From IMG/VR virus record IMGVR_UViG_3300037325_000137, positions 1-64,000 of that record: 64,000 bases of DNA. One strand, written 5' to 3'. A program made the translations under genes and the position numbers. The stretch's first letter is position 1. The number at the start of each line of letters is the position of its first letter. Source of the stretch: a virus. Below, piece after piece: positions 30,801 to 39,280 of the stretch. The notes beneath the pieces are model-generated. The model was given only the letters and a program-made list of their open reading frames with translations, was not told where the DNA came from and searched no databases.

Positions 30801-30991
30801 TATTCACTATAAAATTTATTTGAATCTAAATCAGTTAGTTTATTTTCTTTAAGATAACTATATATTTCATTGCTTTTTTCTTCACTAGAATATTTTGTAG
30901 AAAAAGTTTCAAAATCTAAATCTGTAAGACTTTCTGATTTTAAATAGTCATAAAGCTCTTTTCTTTTAATTGGATCAGTATTGTTTTCCAT
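21857..30991 (-). CDS. Giant virion ejection/polyvalent protein with zincin-like metallopeptidase domain
   Basis: 3044 aa; LVHEFGH...EEALA; long helical and low-complexity regions; follows the tail genes. Confidence 0.7.
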   Translation of the reverse strand: MENNTDPIKRKELYDYLKSESLTDLDFETFSTKYSSEEKSNEIYSYLKENKLTDLDSNKFYSEYFGDLNQELVEQPTQEPVKVDEVKKKETTTVTSSVESGVSDISNEVESLSSVSQTAIPKSQPLDFRPIEFDADFSESLVAKKYNEVISKTDQETKNSYQEFINLRNISDEERSTITESKSEITLDNRREKLGFLGSVENDLKNFSFSKIFGSDKNFEKERLKEIKELNRQRQQELDSGSAETAFTKRKKTEFLNDLDPEKRKKVLELVAIEEQVNQNIIFKANKTISKANKEFADIDLNIESLSNGLDEINKSIKDNPDLTIEDQQLFKEDFENKKIELESLVVQRQELAAQSQTVLDESMESENSLGTFEEEKELLKKTYDFATQTKATLSTGFAEIGSGLLYSGEKLFNVNIPVFNEETGKMETGDANTIRIREEALSRVATINEYRKNVLTEKISLDQVDGIADFGEFVKNTLLDTTPTLVQLSIPYVGQASFFASQQASAELATRQRTIDNQKDLNQINKDLLKENLPIQNRPALNKRKSQLESIQEPSETEIMAVSYASAGVELFLAQFGKIRNLKALKRTTLSIGKPKLQTAMVESFRKKTLNSGIEFGKGTIGEGGEELGITLFTNLTDKYVFGENFNEDGSKKSVLDNTWEATIGGMSAGGAMSGTASLTGIVGNIVGDRNSRKTIVKNVKETNTLLRKIEEVSESESTSEEDKTTIIQSYQSRIREINTENGKLIKRTFEAYDNLTVQDKKRVVEISEQASAIELTITNIKSAATNPLSKTELTLDSVSETVFLEQRLASLEAEKAKLIESAEVKTTITIDGQEEIITNSSDLYKKIADDNFVEGVANGTISIDIKNNEEASRVLSERVEDFKNPTQENTEGTDIVEQTQSESTDTQTAIAQASDSNQTYFDELENEEDAVTRLEGEIDPKKDRDEEVNRIAEEHTESYKAYLEENEDVENADSIEIFKDKVKRSLALPNNVPQDAKGTFLERIQKSQQEYVNPINKEKLVGDVFFDGNEIVFTDGKQEFSLGTVQDALQQKSLPITPTVIKFEVNQDGSFQYNGDSFEKGTITTQQKGLKSIKTDKDGNVKRVVVTHSNGDTISVKGEEAVELANGMLLDFALQKEGGLETKINTDEKAKRIVEQRVDEEIQRSSEIEANRDSERGLQGRNETRVDETQTQGDTTADADVRPTSDTDTEQGKDNAVQPTAEPTASQGEVEVNTSIDIAPKPIIRQRFGNDVLDVSLQDGKVVVTNSFNKEKKVSKQNEKAAIDAYVENNNFDNNEFTPQESSDNPSINSQEIAVNSTNPSEVASQIRIQQEAEQSGQVNTDEVSNEAKKNSIAETFKELRFKKVDKRDGTKGYEIVDLSQGFKGGNKKASTLGAIIEAAQRKLDENTQQETDAIDVQSTGFQGSDNVVSEDDVRGFVNEYTSGTDYINQAKSERKSESSEVSSLKDKFTELTGLESTDSNIDAVANVANQELDQVDQEVGEEMDELPFQVDGQNEIPQEVIDSQEVADQIRTLIPTNLADDVVILTDEQIVEFLKEIGYENVQAQADFVRTPNGFVYQGKVYINSDKVNSSTLVHEFGHLWNTYMKANHKAVYDKGLKLVEGTEYHDAVINNTAYDNLTPEQKLEEALAIAIGEKGVKILDEAKSGGFKEWFKVLFKRIAAGLRLSNIKPDKLADLNLKQFTDLAAAEILSGKDITGRETKASRDAAKRKDAATPNTTMQSVIEQEEAVRSTKQKLIEKTNEKNKTEKGVKKALQDYIDANLTKAQALQANDADTKKLVKIVADAKTDINGLKAIKEIDALIAKLDTKYNNNKTELQQARENAKKIEQGEKTDKKSRRIIIQKYLNEVIKGKWFSNITFNNIKSIESIIEQSTNENIDSALSAIDALAVDLETKYNESKSRNEEKKRIADEKIRDKTNSVRDTQKAVRDYIKDSFENRMFGFMKLSDFNSLIELTKFEGKKSKTKGDNRSLEQQQKAKLKEVLDKAEDIALGVENKRLRGKFILELSKGRSKKQSGRIVAGSIDYFTAERSIDTIEKLINGNFDFESKYEELFSKNGLAKKGKRGTEKQQNAKDIVNKLDELIDDILYTEREIPNSESGETELVAKIELTEKEAEDLKNLQVAKDFLDSLIKNNKYANKLINASLDYILELKAEGRSILKSKKAADKAILDQQRQEAYDAIDSKKQLGSKEIDKPLSNIKDNVSKSRSAIKISIQFLKGYSRGFYQNFRSISEAFKRTGDKGSALLGLDKVLAKYDLSENTRDSIIIEWNKEITEIKELAFGSFADSDINVIKKSLGFISRSKFKRAKADWALSAQENINRTYPDGTVDVTKFSVSTLLDVILKAKDPKNLIRLAKQGFDEKAINEINDKLSDEVKDYGNKIMEFYQSKYDQVNEVYKKIFYRDMPFDEFYSGKLNVDKPNSAKDFSQDLFSGIVSNGSVHSGSSKAKKEHDHAIIVQPVDMSTNQYINEMSRFIAYAEVEKEFNNIVKDETFEKLALLNIGLEGGMMIDYLKKFQKTEIYEDGKRSAAERVVNTITGSFAKYTLGAKLFNLPIQMMSALNGQSSLPNNLTAKEWLDAHKNIISEAAYLFKNSEFLKIRYSAEQMVKVLASVDTNRQLKDFQFLGDRSKMVTDILTEVYDQALDTGMYAIKAGDAMGIMGVVPVYTAAKARIRKENPNFTEQQVLDESMLVFENIANNTQQGQTKGSKTVVQRDAFARLLVSFGSTIILDMRESSLRYKDLKRHINKMASNNENIGVIYDKLGYDVNDFKHLEPSNTVGKNIRGFVNYGFSQPLFYALWGVVKISGVAAAPAAIYGAVQTLGYLMSGDDDELDKMSEEQKDIARVLLTGQLLDDPILGNAFKYYLDKEILRKEFTFGGIGNVFALQEIEKLESYFERRQNSKTPETKEKYTKLLITQMTGMGLGLPKHAMTIALFNEELHDENRGGFTASERARIYAGASFFGVDKVREERTGVTLQKIIERNLDQDYKDDFYKENPRKSSSNNLPPLPSTSMNKLPSLPK

Positions 30992-30993
30992 TT

Positions 30994-32508
30994 TTAGTTG
31001 AATTTCTTTTGTTGATTATTCCTATCTCCAAATGTTTCATTTCGCTTTTTTTGATAAGACTTAGCTGTTTCGGTTGGGTTTGTTGACTTACCTCCTGTTG
31101 CATTATTTATAGTTCCGAAAAGAGATGTTAATGTAGTTTGGTTTTGAGTTTCTATAACTTCTTCTATAATTTTTTCTTCGGTTTTTGGTACTTCTTGAAA
31201 CGATGATTTAAAAATAGGGTTTTTACCATCGAACTCACCAGTTGGTATAGGTTGATTATTTTCGTCTAAATCAAAAATACGCTTTTGTTCTACAACTTGC
31301 TTTCCATCAGTGTTTAAGACTGGAACTTGCTCTGTTCTACTTATTACACCAAATACTCTAATTGTACCGTCTGGTTGAACGGAGTGAGCTGCATATACTG
31401 CGTCTTCACCATCAATGCTAAGGCTAACTTTTTTAGCATTTTCTTTTGGTACAAAAGCAAGTTCTCCCTCTTTAAGAGAATATATTTTTCCATTAATATC
31501 TACTTTGTTGGGAACTGTGCCATCTGTACTTATTTGGGCGTTAACAACGATTTCTTCTTCATTAAGTTTTTTGCGATCAAGAGCATTTCTAAGACTTTTA
31601 CCTTCATCTCTTTCATCTTTAAAACCACTTTCTATATATATATTACTTGCTTTTAATGCTAGTTCTTCAAAATCATCATCATCGAATGTCTCATATGCTT
31701 TTCTATCTTTATCGTACTCCTTAAAACTAAGTTCATCTGCTAATATTCTAGCGTAAATAGGGTTTTGAACCCATCCTCTAGCTCTGTCTCTAGCTGCTTC
31801 TATGTTTGCTGGTGAAGCTTTTATTCTTCCGTTATTATCTGGCTCAGATATACTTAATAATATTTCAGTTCCTAATTCTGTAAAGTTTACTGATTCTGTG
31901 TATGTTATACCTCTAACTGCTCCATTAAATTCACTAGGTGTTAATTGTATCTTTTCTCCAAAATAATCGTCAAATATATAATTACCATTTTGAGGGTCAA
32001 TATCATAACTACCTGTTTGATAAATGTTTTTAAGATGTGTATCTTGAAAGTCTACAGCATCTACAGGGCTTTTATCTTGTAATTCGACACCTTTAGCTGC
32101 TGTTGCGTCATTCGTTTTTGACATCTCCATAAGGTATTGTAGGTTTGAATTATTTCTAATACGAGCAGCAGTTTTTTCTTCTTCTGTTCCGCTTTCTATA
32201 ATTTTAAAATTATTTACATATTCTTCTGTAACAAAGTTATGAGCTTTAGCTACTAATGAATTTTGATAACCGTCACTTTCAACTATAGGGGTGTTTGCGA
32301 AATAATCGTCTCTTCTTTTATTGTAATCAAATTCTTTTTTGTACTTAAATTGAGCTTCCCTTGCAGCAGCAGCTTTTTTAGCTGCATCCTCTTTACGATC
32401 TACTGAGTTCCAATACCTAATATTTTCCTCTACTATAGCACCTATATTAGAATTTTCTAAAGGTCTAAGCTGTTGAGCTGCTTGTCCTATTACTGTTATA
32501 TCTGCCAT
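30994..32508 (-). CDS. Putative internal virion/ejection protein
   Basis: Position between the tail nozzle gene and the giant protein. Confidence 0.55.
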   Translation of the reverse strand: MADITVIGQAAQQLRPLENSNIGAIVEENIRYWNSVDRKEDAAKKAAAAREAQFKYKKEFDYNKRRDDYFANTPIVESDGYQNSLVAKAHNFVTEEYVNNFKIIESGTEEEKTAARIRNNSNLQYLMEMSKTNDATAAKGVELQDKSPVDAVDFQDTHLKNIYQTGSYDIDPQNGNYIFDDYFGEKIQLTPSEFNGAVRGITYTESVNFTELGTEILLSISEPDNNGRIKASPANIEAARDRARGWVQNPIYARILADELSFKEYDKDRKAYETFDDDDFEELALKASNIYIESGFKDERDEGKSLRNALDRKKLNEEEIVVNAQISTDGTVPNKVDINGKIYSLKEGELAFVPKENAKKVSLSIDGEDAVYAAHSVQPDGTIRVFGVISRTEQVPVLNTDGKQVVEQKRIFDLDENNQPIPTGEFDGKNPIFKSSFQEVPKTEEKIIEEVIETQNQTTLTSLFGTINNATGGKSTNPTETAKSYQKKRNETFGDRNNQQKKFN

Positions 32509-32509
32509 A

Positions 32510-33109
32510 TTAGAAGTTTCTACCTGTTCTACCGTCTACACCATCACCAACCCTTGTTCCGTTTATTGTAAGTGGGTTTGGGTCTATTTCTGTTCCATTA
32601 GCAATATCTATTGATCTACCTCCTGCTAATAGGCTGTTTGTAAAACCTCCTAAAGCACTTACTGAATCTTGTCTACCTACTTGTCTTTGCTGACCAAGAC
32701 CCATTATAGCACCCAACTCACGTTGTTCTCTAATGCTTTGAATCCTATCTTCTCCTTGCGCTATTGCAAAACTTCTGTTAACGTCTTGTTCCTCTACATT
32801 TTCGAGTATAGTATTACGTGTAAGAATATTACCATCAGAAATAGAAGGGAAAGCTCCAAGTATTCCTCTAGCTCCTAAACGTCTTGTAGCATCTATGGTG
32901 TTAGCATTTGATGACAAACTAGAATCTAATAGCCTATCTGTTCTTTCTGTAGATATTTTTATGTCTCTTTGGTTATTTACAAGCTCTTGTCTTCTTAGAT
33001 TGTTTAAAGCTTCTTCCGCATCTTTCTTTTCTTTTTGAGCTTGAAAAAATTGAATCCCGCTACTTACTAAGCCTACTGCTGCTCCTATTCCTGCAAATGG
33101 TATTGGCAT
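32510..33109 (-). CDS. Putative ejection/pilot protein
   Basis: Gly/Ala-rich hydrophobic N-terminus plus Q/R-rich helix. Confidence 0.6.
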   Translation of the reverse strand: MPIPFAGIGAAVGLVSSGIQFFQAQKEKKDAEEALNNLRRQELVNNQRDIKISTERTDRLLDSSLSSNANTIDATRRLGARGILGAFPSISDGNILTRNTILENVEEQDVNRSFAIAQGEDRIQSIREQRELGAIMGLGQQRQVGRQDSVSALGGFTNSLLAGGRSIDIANGTEIDPNPLTINGTRVGDGVDGRTGRNF

Positions 33110-33174
33110 GATATTAAATTTAATTAATCAAAGATAATCAATTTAACTCTTTTTTTAATCAAACTTTAGTAAAC

Positions 33175-33205
33175 CAAAAAACCTTGCCGAACTAGACAAG
33201 GTTTT
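33175..33205 (-). terminator. Rho-independent terminator
   Basis: AAAACCTTGTC-loop-GGCAAGGTTTTTT. Confidence 0.7.
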
Positions 33206-33250
33206 AGGTTCAAGATCAATTGAAAAGATTAAAACGAGTTCAAATATAGT

Positions 33251-36200
33251 CTAAATTTTAGACTCTATTGCTTCTACGTCTACTGCTCTTATTTCTACAT
33301 ATTCCGAACCGATATAAGTTAGTTCTATATCTAAAACATCACCTCTGATGCTTTGACCTTCAATTGATTGGTTTTTATTGTACTTTAAAAAACTTATTGA
33401 TTCATTTAAAGATGTGTTTGCTATTGTTATTTGATTATTAATAACACTCGTGATTACTGACGCTGCAAAACCTAATGATATACTAGATACTGTGTCTCCT
33501 ACGGATAAAGAGCTAGGAACTCCTTGTGAACAATTTATTAAACCGTTTACTATCTCATATGATCCTAGACCAAAAGAGCTATTAGATAGCGGTTCTGAAT
33601 TAGTATTACCCATTATTGCAGCATAAAAATAATCTTCATACTTTTCAAAATGCTCTTTAGGTATTAAAACAGAAGTTAACCTAGTTTTTATAAAAGCATC
33701 CCACGGCTTGTTACTCTGTATAGCCATAGAATTGCATATTTTAACGGTGGATGGTTCGGTGTTTTCAAAGAAATTAATCTTGCTCATAGACTGTACTCCA
33801 AAGAACTCATTATAATTCTCTGTAGCATTCATACGGTACATAACACCATTTTTCCATGCGTAGAACTCATTATTTGCGTTTAGCATAAAATCTGGCTCAA
33901 ACATGAAGTAGTTCGGAAAACCATTTCTAGTTAATTTATATGCCAAGCAAGATTGTTTGTTAGGTATATGTACCACATATTCTTTATGCTTAAAATCATA
34001 TCCAGCAACTAATTTCGTAGACTTATTGTTCGCCATAGCGTTAGAGATTTCATACTCTAAACCATATTGATTTATAGTAGTGACTCCATCGTTAGCGAGT
34101 TGTATAATGTTTCCTCTTTGCTGATCTGTAAAATATTTTCTTCCTTCTATTTTTACATAGCTTTCTGGGTGTAAAGATATTCCGTGTTCCCCACCAGCGT
34201 AAGGTCGCCAACTTCTTTCATCCAAAACATTATTTACAACACCAATAGTTTGATTTCCACTAGCATCATATATGACTTGTTTATTGTAAGGCATAGTACC
34301 AATAGCACTTTCTTGCAATATCAATAGGTTTCCGTTATCGTTATCTATTAGCTGAATACTTCCGTTTTCTTTATCTAATAAAACATAGTTAGGTGCTGAT
34401 AAATTAAACCAATTTAATCCGTTAAAATCTGAATCATCATTGTAAATATCAGACCATTGAACATCTGCGACTCTTGTTATTTCTCTATATCTATCTTTAG
34501 TATTAGATAAAACCCTTATACCAACATCTAAACCTTTTTTGTTAAATTCATCTTTAATCTTGTAGCTTTCTACTCCATTACCATAAGACCAAGCGTTAAA
34601 CCAATCTAGGGTTATAACCAAGGGCTGTGAAGGTAATGATTGTGAAATATCAGTTGAGATATTTTCTATGTCGGTTTCGTAATCGTCAGTTATTTTGCTA
34701 TGTAAATTATCTATAACCCTATATGTTTTTCCAATTTCAAAAAATATTTCTGGTGATTGATCTTTAGGCTCTGTTTCAAATATAGGAATGTTTCTGATTT
34801 GTCTGATTTCAGAAAACACATCAGAATATATGTTTCTTGTGTTTTCTTTTCTTCTATCAGAAGCTATTATTAATGAGTGAGAAATACCTTGTGGATTAAC
34901 GTCAATAAACAACTTATCTCTGTTAGCAGAATTTCCTGTTGAGTATCTTAAATCAACTTCTCTAAACCAAAAGTTTTGTTCTGACCAGTCAAAATTAGGT
35001 TGGCTTTGGATAAGAGAAAATATTTCATCACCATAAAACCATTCTTCAATATTATCATATTTTTGATTTGATTTTACCTCTATTAAAAAACTTCTGCTTG
35101 TATTACTTCTTTCTTTTGCTGAAAAATACTTTAACTTTATAGTACTTCCTGCATTTATAAAATTAGGAACGCTAAATATTGCGTGTGATCTATTGTCTTG
35201 ATCTAATAAAAAAGCTATACTTTTTTTTAGAAGCCACTTGTCGTTTAAAGAGTTTCCTGTTGTTGCAGCAAACCTTACTGAAACGTCTGAATCTAGAACA
35301 ACGTCCGAAGTATCTGTGTCTAATTCTGTCCAAACACTTGGAGGTGTTACTCCGTTTGTCTGTTGTGTTCTAAACCTAAATACGTTAGGGGTTGTAGATA
35401 CATCATGAATTTCTATTTCATACCTTAAATCTTCTGTTCCATTAAAAGTCACAGTTGGGGTTAGCGTGTCTACACCAGAATTTTTAAATTTTATTTTATA
35501 GAATGATTGGTTGTTTTGTGTTACAGGGCCTAGTCCACCACCACTTGCATCGTAATGGTCATATTTTGTAAAACTATAGTTACTTTCGTCGAAAGTTACA
35601 TCTGAATCTATTAATGATATTTTCATATACCAACCACTAGGTTGACCACCATCTTGATCGTTCAAAAAATCTTTATCTTTTCTTTCAAACTCTAATACTT
35701 TTATTTTTTCCAAAGTATTTAAAATACCTTCTCCATCTGCCTTTACTATAACGAAATCTCCCTCTTTAAATTTATCAATATCTGACTGCTCAACTTTAAT
35801 ATACCTATATACACCTTCTTGATAAAATAATGTAGGCAAGAATTGATCATACCCTTTTTTATTCTGAGTAACAAAAAATCTATAATACTTAGCCCAAAAA
35901 GGTGGTTTGTGTCTTAACTCTACTTTTATTTTATTTTCAGTATCACTAGCACTAGCAGGAATCATAATTGTATTAGTCTTACTTACTAACACTGTTGTTG
36001 ACCTTCCATGCTCGTCAGAATACACTAATCCAATCTCTACATCTCTATTTGATCTAACTGTTTTTTTAGGTTCAAGGCTAGGTTTTTGTACGGTAGTTTG
36101 ATTTCCAGTAGGATCTCCATCTGCGTCTAATTCATCTTCTTGAACGTCTATGGTATTCTCTAAAGACTCTAATATTAGATTGTAATCTATGTTTATATTA

Positions 36201-37225
36201 ACGCCATCAATATTTTTAAGGTCATATTGCTCTTTGTAATGAGCATATATAAGCCTACCTTCTATCATTGTTTGAGCTTTAACCTCTCTTGGTACGTTGT
36301 CGAAATAAGATTTTAAAACATTATCTGGTAAAGCTCTATATACTTTTGAGTTGTCAAAAAGAAATGTCTCAATGTCATTATCTTCATATTCTAAATCCTC
36401 TTTATTAAAGTCATCTATAATCCATTCAGTACTACTTTGGCTTTCTTTGTATATGAGCTGTATTTCGGTAACGTTTTTATTACCTGTAAAAAACTCTATT
36501 TGAACTTGGTTAAATTTATTAACCATCGACTTATTTGACTGCTCTGTGAAGTCATAATCAAAAGACTTAGGTTGAAAAGCAGCATTAGTAAAAGGTGCTA
36601 ATGCGCTATACTCACCATCTAAATATCTGTATCTATAAGAGAATGAAAGGAATTTTTCCTCTATATTGTTTTCTACACCTTGACCTGTTACAGTATCATT
36701 AAGAGAAATTCTAAGTTTTTGGTGTGGAGGAATAACAGCCACCATAATGTCTTCTTCCGTAAATCCGTTAAGACCGTATTCTTTTGCTCTTTCTATATTT
36801 ATGCGTCTAGGATTATTAGTCCATTCGCTAATTAATAACAATCCATTTAGTTCATTTACACCTGTTACATATCCATTGTAGTTAAACCTTAGAATGCTTA
36901 TATCGTCTTCTATTATAACCGTTGAAATATTGTTTATAACATCATACTCAACTATTTTAGATGAAACTCTATTAAATGTTGCTAATAAATAATAAACCAA
37001 ATTTTTACTTTCATCAAAATAACCGCCAACACATTTAAAATTCGCTCCTTTTGTTTCGTCGCTTACTATTAACGTACCTTTTATATTTGTGCCAATACCG
37101 TCTTTACCATCGTTTATGTGAAACCTAAGATTTTCTACGTTTCTAGTAGAACCATTTGGAACTAAAGATCTGTCTAAATCTTTTTCCATTACGCCATTAG
37201 TAAATAAACTTCTTAATTTTGCCAT
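33251..37225 (-). CDS. Tail stabilization/nozzle (muzzle) protein, P22 gp10 / crAss type
   Basis: F.NGVMEKDLDRSLVPNG..R...N N-terminus; NGVES..IKDEFN; HGISLHPES motifs. Confidence 0.8.
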   Translation of the reverse strand: MAKLRSLFTNGVMEKDLDRSLVPNGSTRNVENLRFHINDGKDGIGTNIKGTLIVSDETKGANFKCVGGYFDESKNLVYYLLATFNRVSSKIVEYDVINNISTVIIEDDISILRFNYNGYVTGVNELNGLLLISEWTNNPRRINIERAKEYGLNGFTEEDIMVAVIPPHQKLRISLNDTVTGQGVENNIEEKFLSFSYRYRYLDGEYSALAPFTNAAFQPKSFDYDFTEQSNKSMVNKFNQVQIEFFTGNKNVTEIQLIYKESQSSTEWIIDDFNKEDLEYEDNDIETFLFDNSKVYRALPDNVLKSYFDNVPREVKAQTMIEGRLIYAHYKEQYDLKNIDGVNINIDYNLILESLENTIDVQEDELDADGDPTGNQTTVQKPSLEPKKTVRSNRDVEIGLVYSDEHGRSTTVLVSKTNTIMIPASASDTENKIKVELRHKPPFWAKYYRFFVTQNKKGYDQFLPTLFYQEGVYRYIKVEQSDIDKFKEGDFVIVKADGEGILNTLEKIKVLEFERKDKDFLNDQDGGQPSGWYMKISLIDSDVTFDESNYSFTKYDHYDASGGGLGPVTQNNQSFYKIKFKNSGVDTLTPTVTFNGTEDLRYEIEIHDVSTTPNVFRFRTQQTNGVTPPSVWTELDTDTSDVVLDSDVSVRFAATTGNSLNDKWLLKKSIAFLLDQDNRSHAIFSVPNFINAGSTIKLKYFSAKERSNTSRSFLIEVKSNQKYDNIEEWFYGDEIFSLIQSQPNFDWSEQNFWFREVDLRYSTGNSANRDKLFIDVNPQGISHSLIIASDRRKENTRNIYSDVFSEIRQIRNIPIFETEPKDQSPEIFFEIGKTYRVIDNLHSKITDDYETDIENISTDISQSLPSQPLVITLDWFNAWSYGNGVESYKIKDEFNKKGLDVGIRVLSNTKDRYREITRVADVQWSDIYNDDSDFNGLNWFNLSAPNYVLLDKENGSIQLIDNDNGNLLILQESAIGTMPYNKQVIYDASGNQTIGVVNNVLDERSWRPYAGGEHGISLHPESYVKIEGRKYFTDQQRGNIIQLANDGVTTINQYGLEYEISNAMANNKSTKLVAGYDFKHKEYVVHIPNKQSCLAYKLTRNGFPNYFMFEPDFMLNANNEFYAWKNGVMYRMNATENYNEFFGVQSMSKINFFENTEPSTVKICNSMAIQSNKPWDAFIKTRLTSVLIPKEHFEKYEDYFYAAIMGNTNSEPLSNSSFGLGSYEIVNGLINCSQGVPSSLSVGDTVSSISLGFAASVITSVINNQITIANTSLNESISFLKYNKNQSIEGQSIRGDVLDIELTYIGSEYVEIRAVDVEAIESKI

Positions 37226-38055
37226 TATGCTATACCGCTATATCTTGTTCCTGTAAACTCTAATATTTCTTCTTTAGTAATCTTAGCTCCTAATAATCTA
37301 CTAGCTCTCTTAAAATATTTTTTCTTTTCTTTTTCATGAAACATTACGACATTCATTGGCACGTTTCTTTGACCTTGTAAGGAGTAATATTTTATATAGA
37401 ACTCTACAGCTCTTTCCATGTTATGATGTACTTTAATATCACAAGCTTTAGTTTCATTTAATCCAGCTGTTACAAATTCTATTACAACTTCTTTATCTTC
37501 TAAGTCTGTACTAAACTCAAAGTAATTAGCTTCTAAATTTTCTTTTACAAAGCTATTCTCATATGTTCTAGAGTCACTGCAAGGTGTTACTAATAGACTG
37601 CATTCTACCGCTATTCTACAGTGACCAATTTCTGCATTAAAAGAATTAGCTTCTAATATTTCTCCATCACAATCATAAAGCAGTTCAGCTTCGTTATCTT
37701 GTAAGTAATCACGTATAGTAGGGTTGTTATTTATATTAAGAGGTGTCAGTGTTCCACATTCATTTATAACAGAAATTCTAAACCAATCTGTCATAAATCT
37801 AGGGAATGGAAATGTAAGATTTGGGGGAACTGTAATTGATATAGCTTTCTTTTTAGATAATATATCTACATTAAATTCCTTTATAGCCATTTTGCCTAAT
37901 ATCTCTAGTGTGTAATTAGGAATATTTTTAAAATAACTGTCATCACCAGACATTAAGGATATGTTGTCTAGAATATTTTTAAGAGAAACAAATCTTCTTT
38001 CTCCAAAACGTTCTTCGTTTTCGTAGTACTGATCGTCTGTAGTAGCAAAACTCAT
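37225..38055 (-). CDS. Tail tubular/ring protein
   Basis: Gene order typical of crAss-like tail modules. Confidence 0.6.
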   Translation of the reverse strand: MSFATTDDQYYENEERFGERRFVSLKNILDNISLMSGDDSYFKNIPNYTLEILGKMAIKEFNVDILSKKKAISITVPPNLTFPFPRFMTDWFRISVINECGTLTPLNINNNPTIRDYLQDNEAELLYDCDGEILEANSFNAEIGHCRIAVECSLLVTPCSDSRTYENSFVKENLEANYFEFSTDLEDKEVVIEFVTAGLNETKACDIKVHHNMERAVEFYIKYYSLQGQRNVPMNVVMFHEKEKKKYFKRASRLLGAKITKEEILEFTGTRYSGIA

Positions 38056-38057
38056 AA

Positions 38058-38753
38058 TTATTGGATATTAGATTCTTGTGTGTCTGTTTGTTGTTCTGCA
38101 TTAGCTAATTGAGCTGCTTGAATATCTCTAATGCTTAACGCTGCCATTTCAAATACTAAGGATATTATTTCGTCTCTAGATGTTTCTGGCATATCTACGT
38201 CTTCAAAATCTTGTGCGGTAGCTTCAAATAAAGGTTTTCCATTGTCTAATACGTAAGTCCACTTTGCGTTTTTAAACCTTCTTAGATATTGTATTTTAAA
38301 CTCTGATATTGATGGAGGGTGAATTTCTAGCTTTTCACCTATTTTAGAACACTTAGGGCTACAATCATCTGGTGATACATAAATGTTTCTTTGTAAGTCT
38401 ATAAGTACAGAATAAGGGACTTTATCTATCCTTATGTTTGACATCGTAAATACGTCTAATATAAACTCTGTGTCTGTAGGAAGGTTTGAAATTCCATTTG
38501 TAGCAGTCATTGGCTGTATTTTAGAGTAATACTCTAAGAGCTGTCTAAGATATTCAGAATACTTAGCCATATTCTTACCTTCTAGATGCGAGTTACTTCT
38601 CCTTACAGAAACCTTTAATTCTATAAGGTAATCATTATATACTTTTCTAATAGCGTTATTCAAATAAAGATTAAAGTCCATAGGTTTTAAATAACCTAGC
38701 TGATCTTTATTAAGCAAACCTTGGACGGTTTTATAAATTGTGTCTATTAACAT
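38058..38753 (-). CDS. Head-tail adaptor/ring protein
   Basis: IDTIYKTV..LLNKDQLGYL.P..FN motif; module position. Confidence 0.65.
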   Translation of the reverse strand: MLIDTIYKTVQGLLNKDQLGYLKPMDFNLYLNNAIRKVYNDYLIELKVSVRRSNSHLEGKNMAKYSEYLRQLLEYYSKIQPMTATNGISNLPTDTEFILDVFTMSNIRIDKVPYSVLIDLQRNIYVSPDDCSPKCSKIGEKLEIHPPSISEFKIQYLRRFKNAKWTYVLDNGKPLFEATAQDFEDVDMPETSRDEIISLVFEMAALSIRDIQAAQLANAEQQTDTQESNIQ

Positions 38754-38814
38754 TTTTAGAGTTTAAAACAAATATAATCAACTTGATCATCTTTATTATT
38801 TAATTTAAGTAAAC

Positions 38815-38848
38815 AAAAAAGCCCAATCAAATTAATGAGTGGGCTTTT
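38815..38848 (-). terminator. Rho-independent terminator
   Basis: AAAAGCCCACTCA-loop-TGATTGGGCTTTTTT. Confidence 0.75.
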
Positions 38849-38888
38849 CAGATAAAACCATATCTATGAAAACAAGTTCAAATATAGT

Positions 38889-39275
38889 CTATTTTAGACT
38901 AATCCACTCTTCTAAAATAATTTTTCTTTTTTCGTTGTTGGTAGCTTCTGAATCATCTATTTCAAAATCATTAAAAAACTTAATATAGTCATCCTTTCTA
39001 TCTGTCGCTAAAACATTAACAGCACGTTCTAGGTCTTTATCAATAGATGAATCTATCTCTTTTGTTTTTTTAGATCTCTTCTCTAAGTCTTCACTTGTTA
39101 AAATTGTTTTACGATTATTTGAATAGACATCGTATTCAGTTCTTACATATTCAGTGCCTTCTTTGGTCTGAGTCTTCAATATGTGGTTTTGAGACACTAG
39201 TTTTTTGTCTCCACTGTCAAGAGTAAGCAATGTTTTACCGTTTGTTTGCGCTTGAATTTTTACAACTTTAGCCAT
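38889..39275 (-). CDS. Hypothetical protein
   Basis: ORF in the structural region. Confidence 0.6.
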   Translation of the reverse strand: MAKVVKIQAQTNGKTLLTLDSGDKKLVSQNHILKTQTKEGTEYVRTEYDVYSNNRKTILTSEDLEKRSKKTKEIDSSIDKDLERAVNVLATDRKDDYIKFFNDFEIDDSEATNNEKRKIILEEWISLK

Positions 39276-39280
39276 GATTT

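Noticed and set aside
21857-30991. Virion RNA polymerase
   Set aside because: No convincing DxDxD catalytic motif in context; EFDADF lies in the low-complexity N-terminus
16033-31756. Numerous plus-strand ORFs opposite portal, terminase and the giant protein
   Set aside because: Antisense shadows rich in S/L/F, fully overlapping well-supported minus-strand genes
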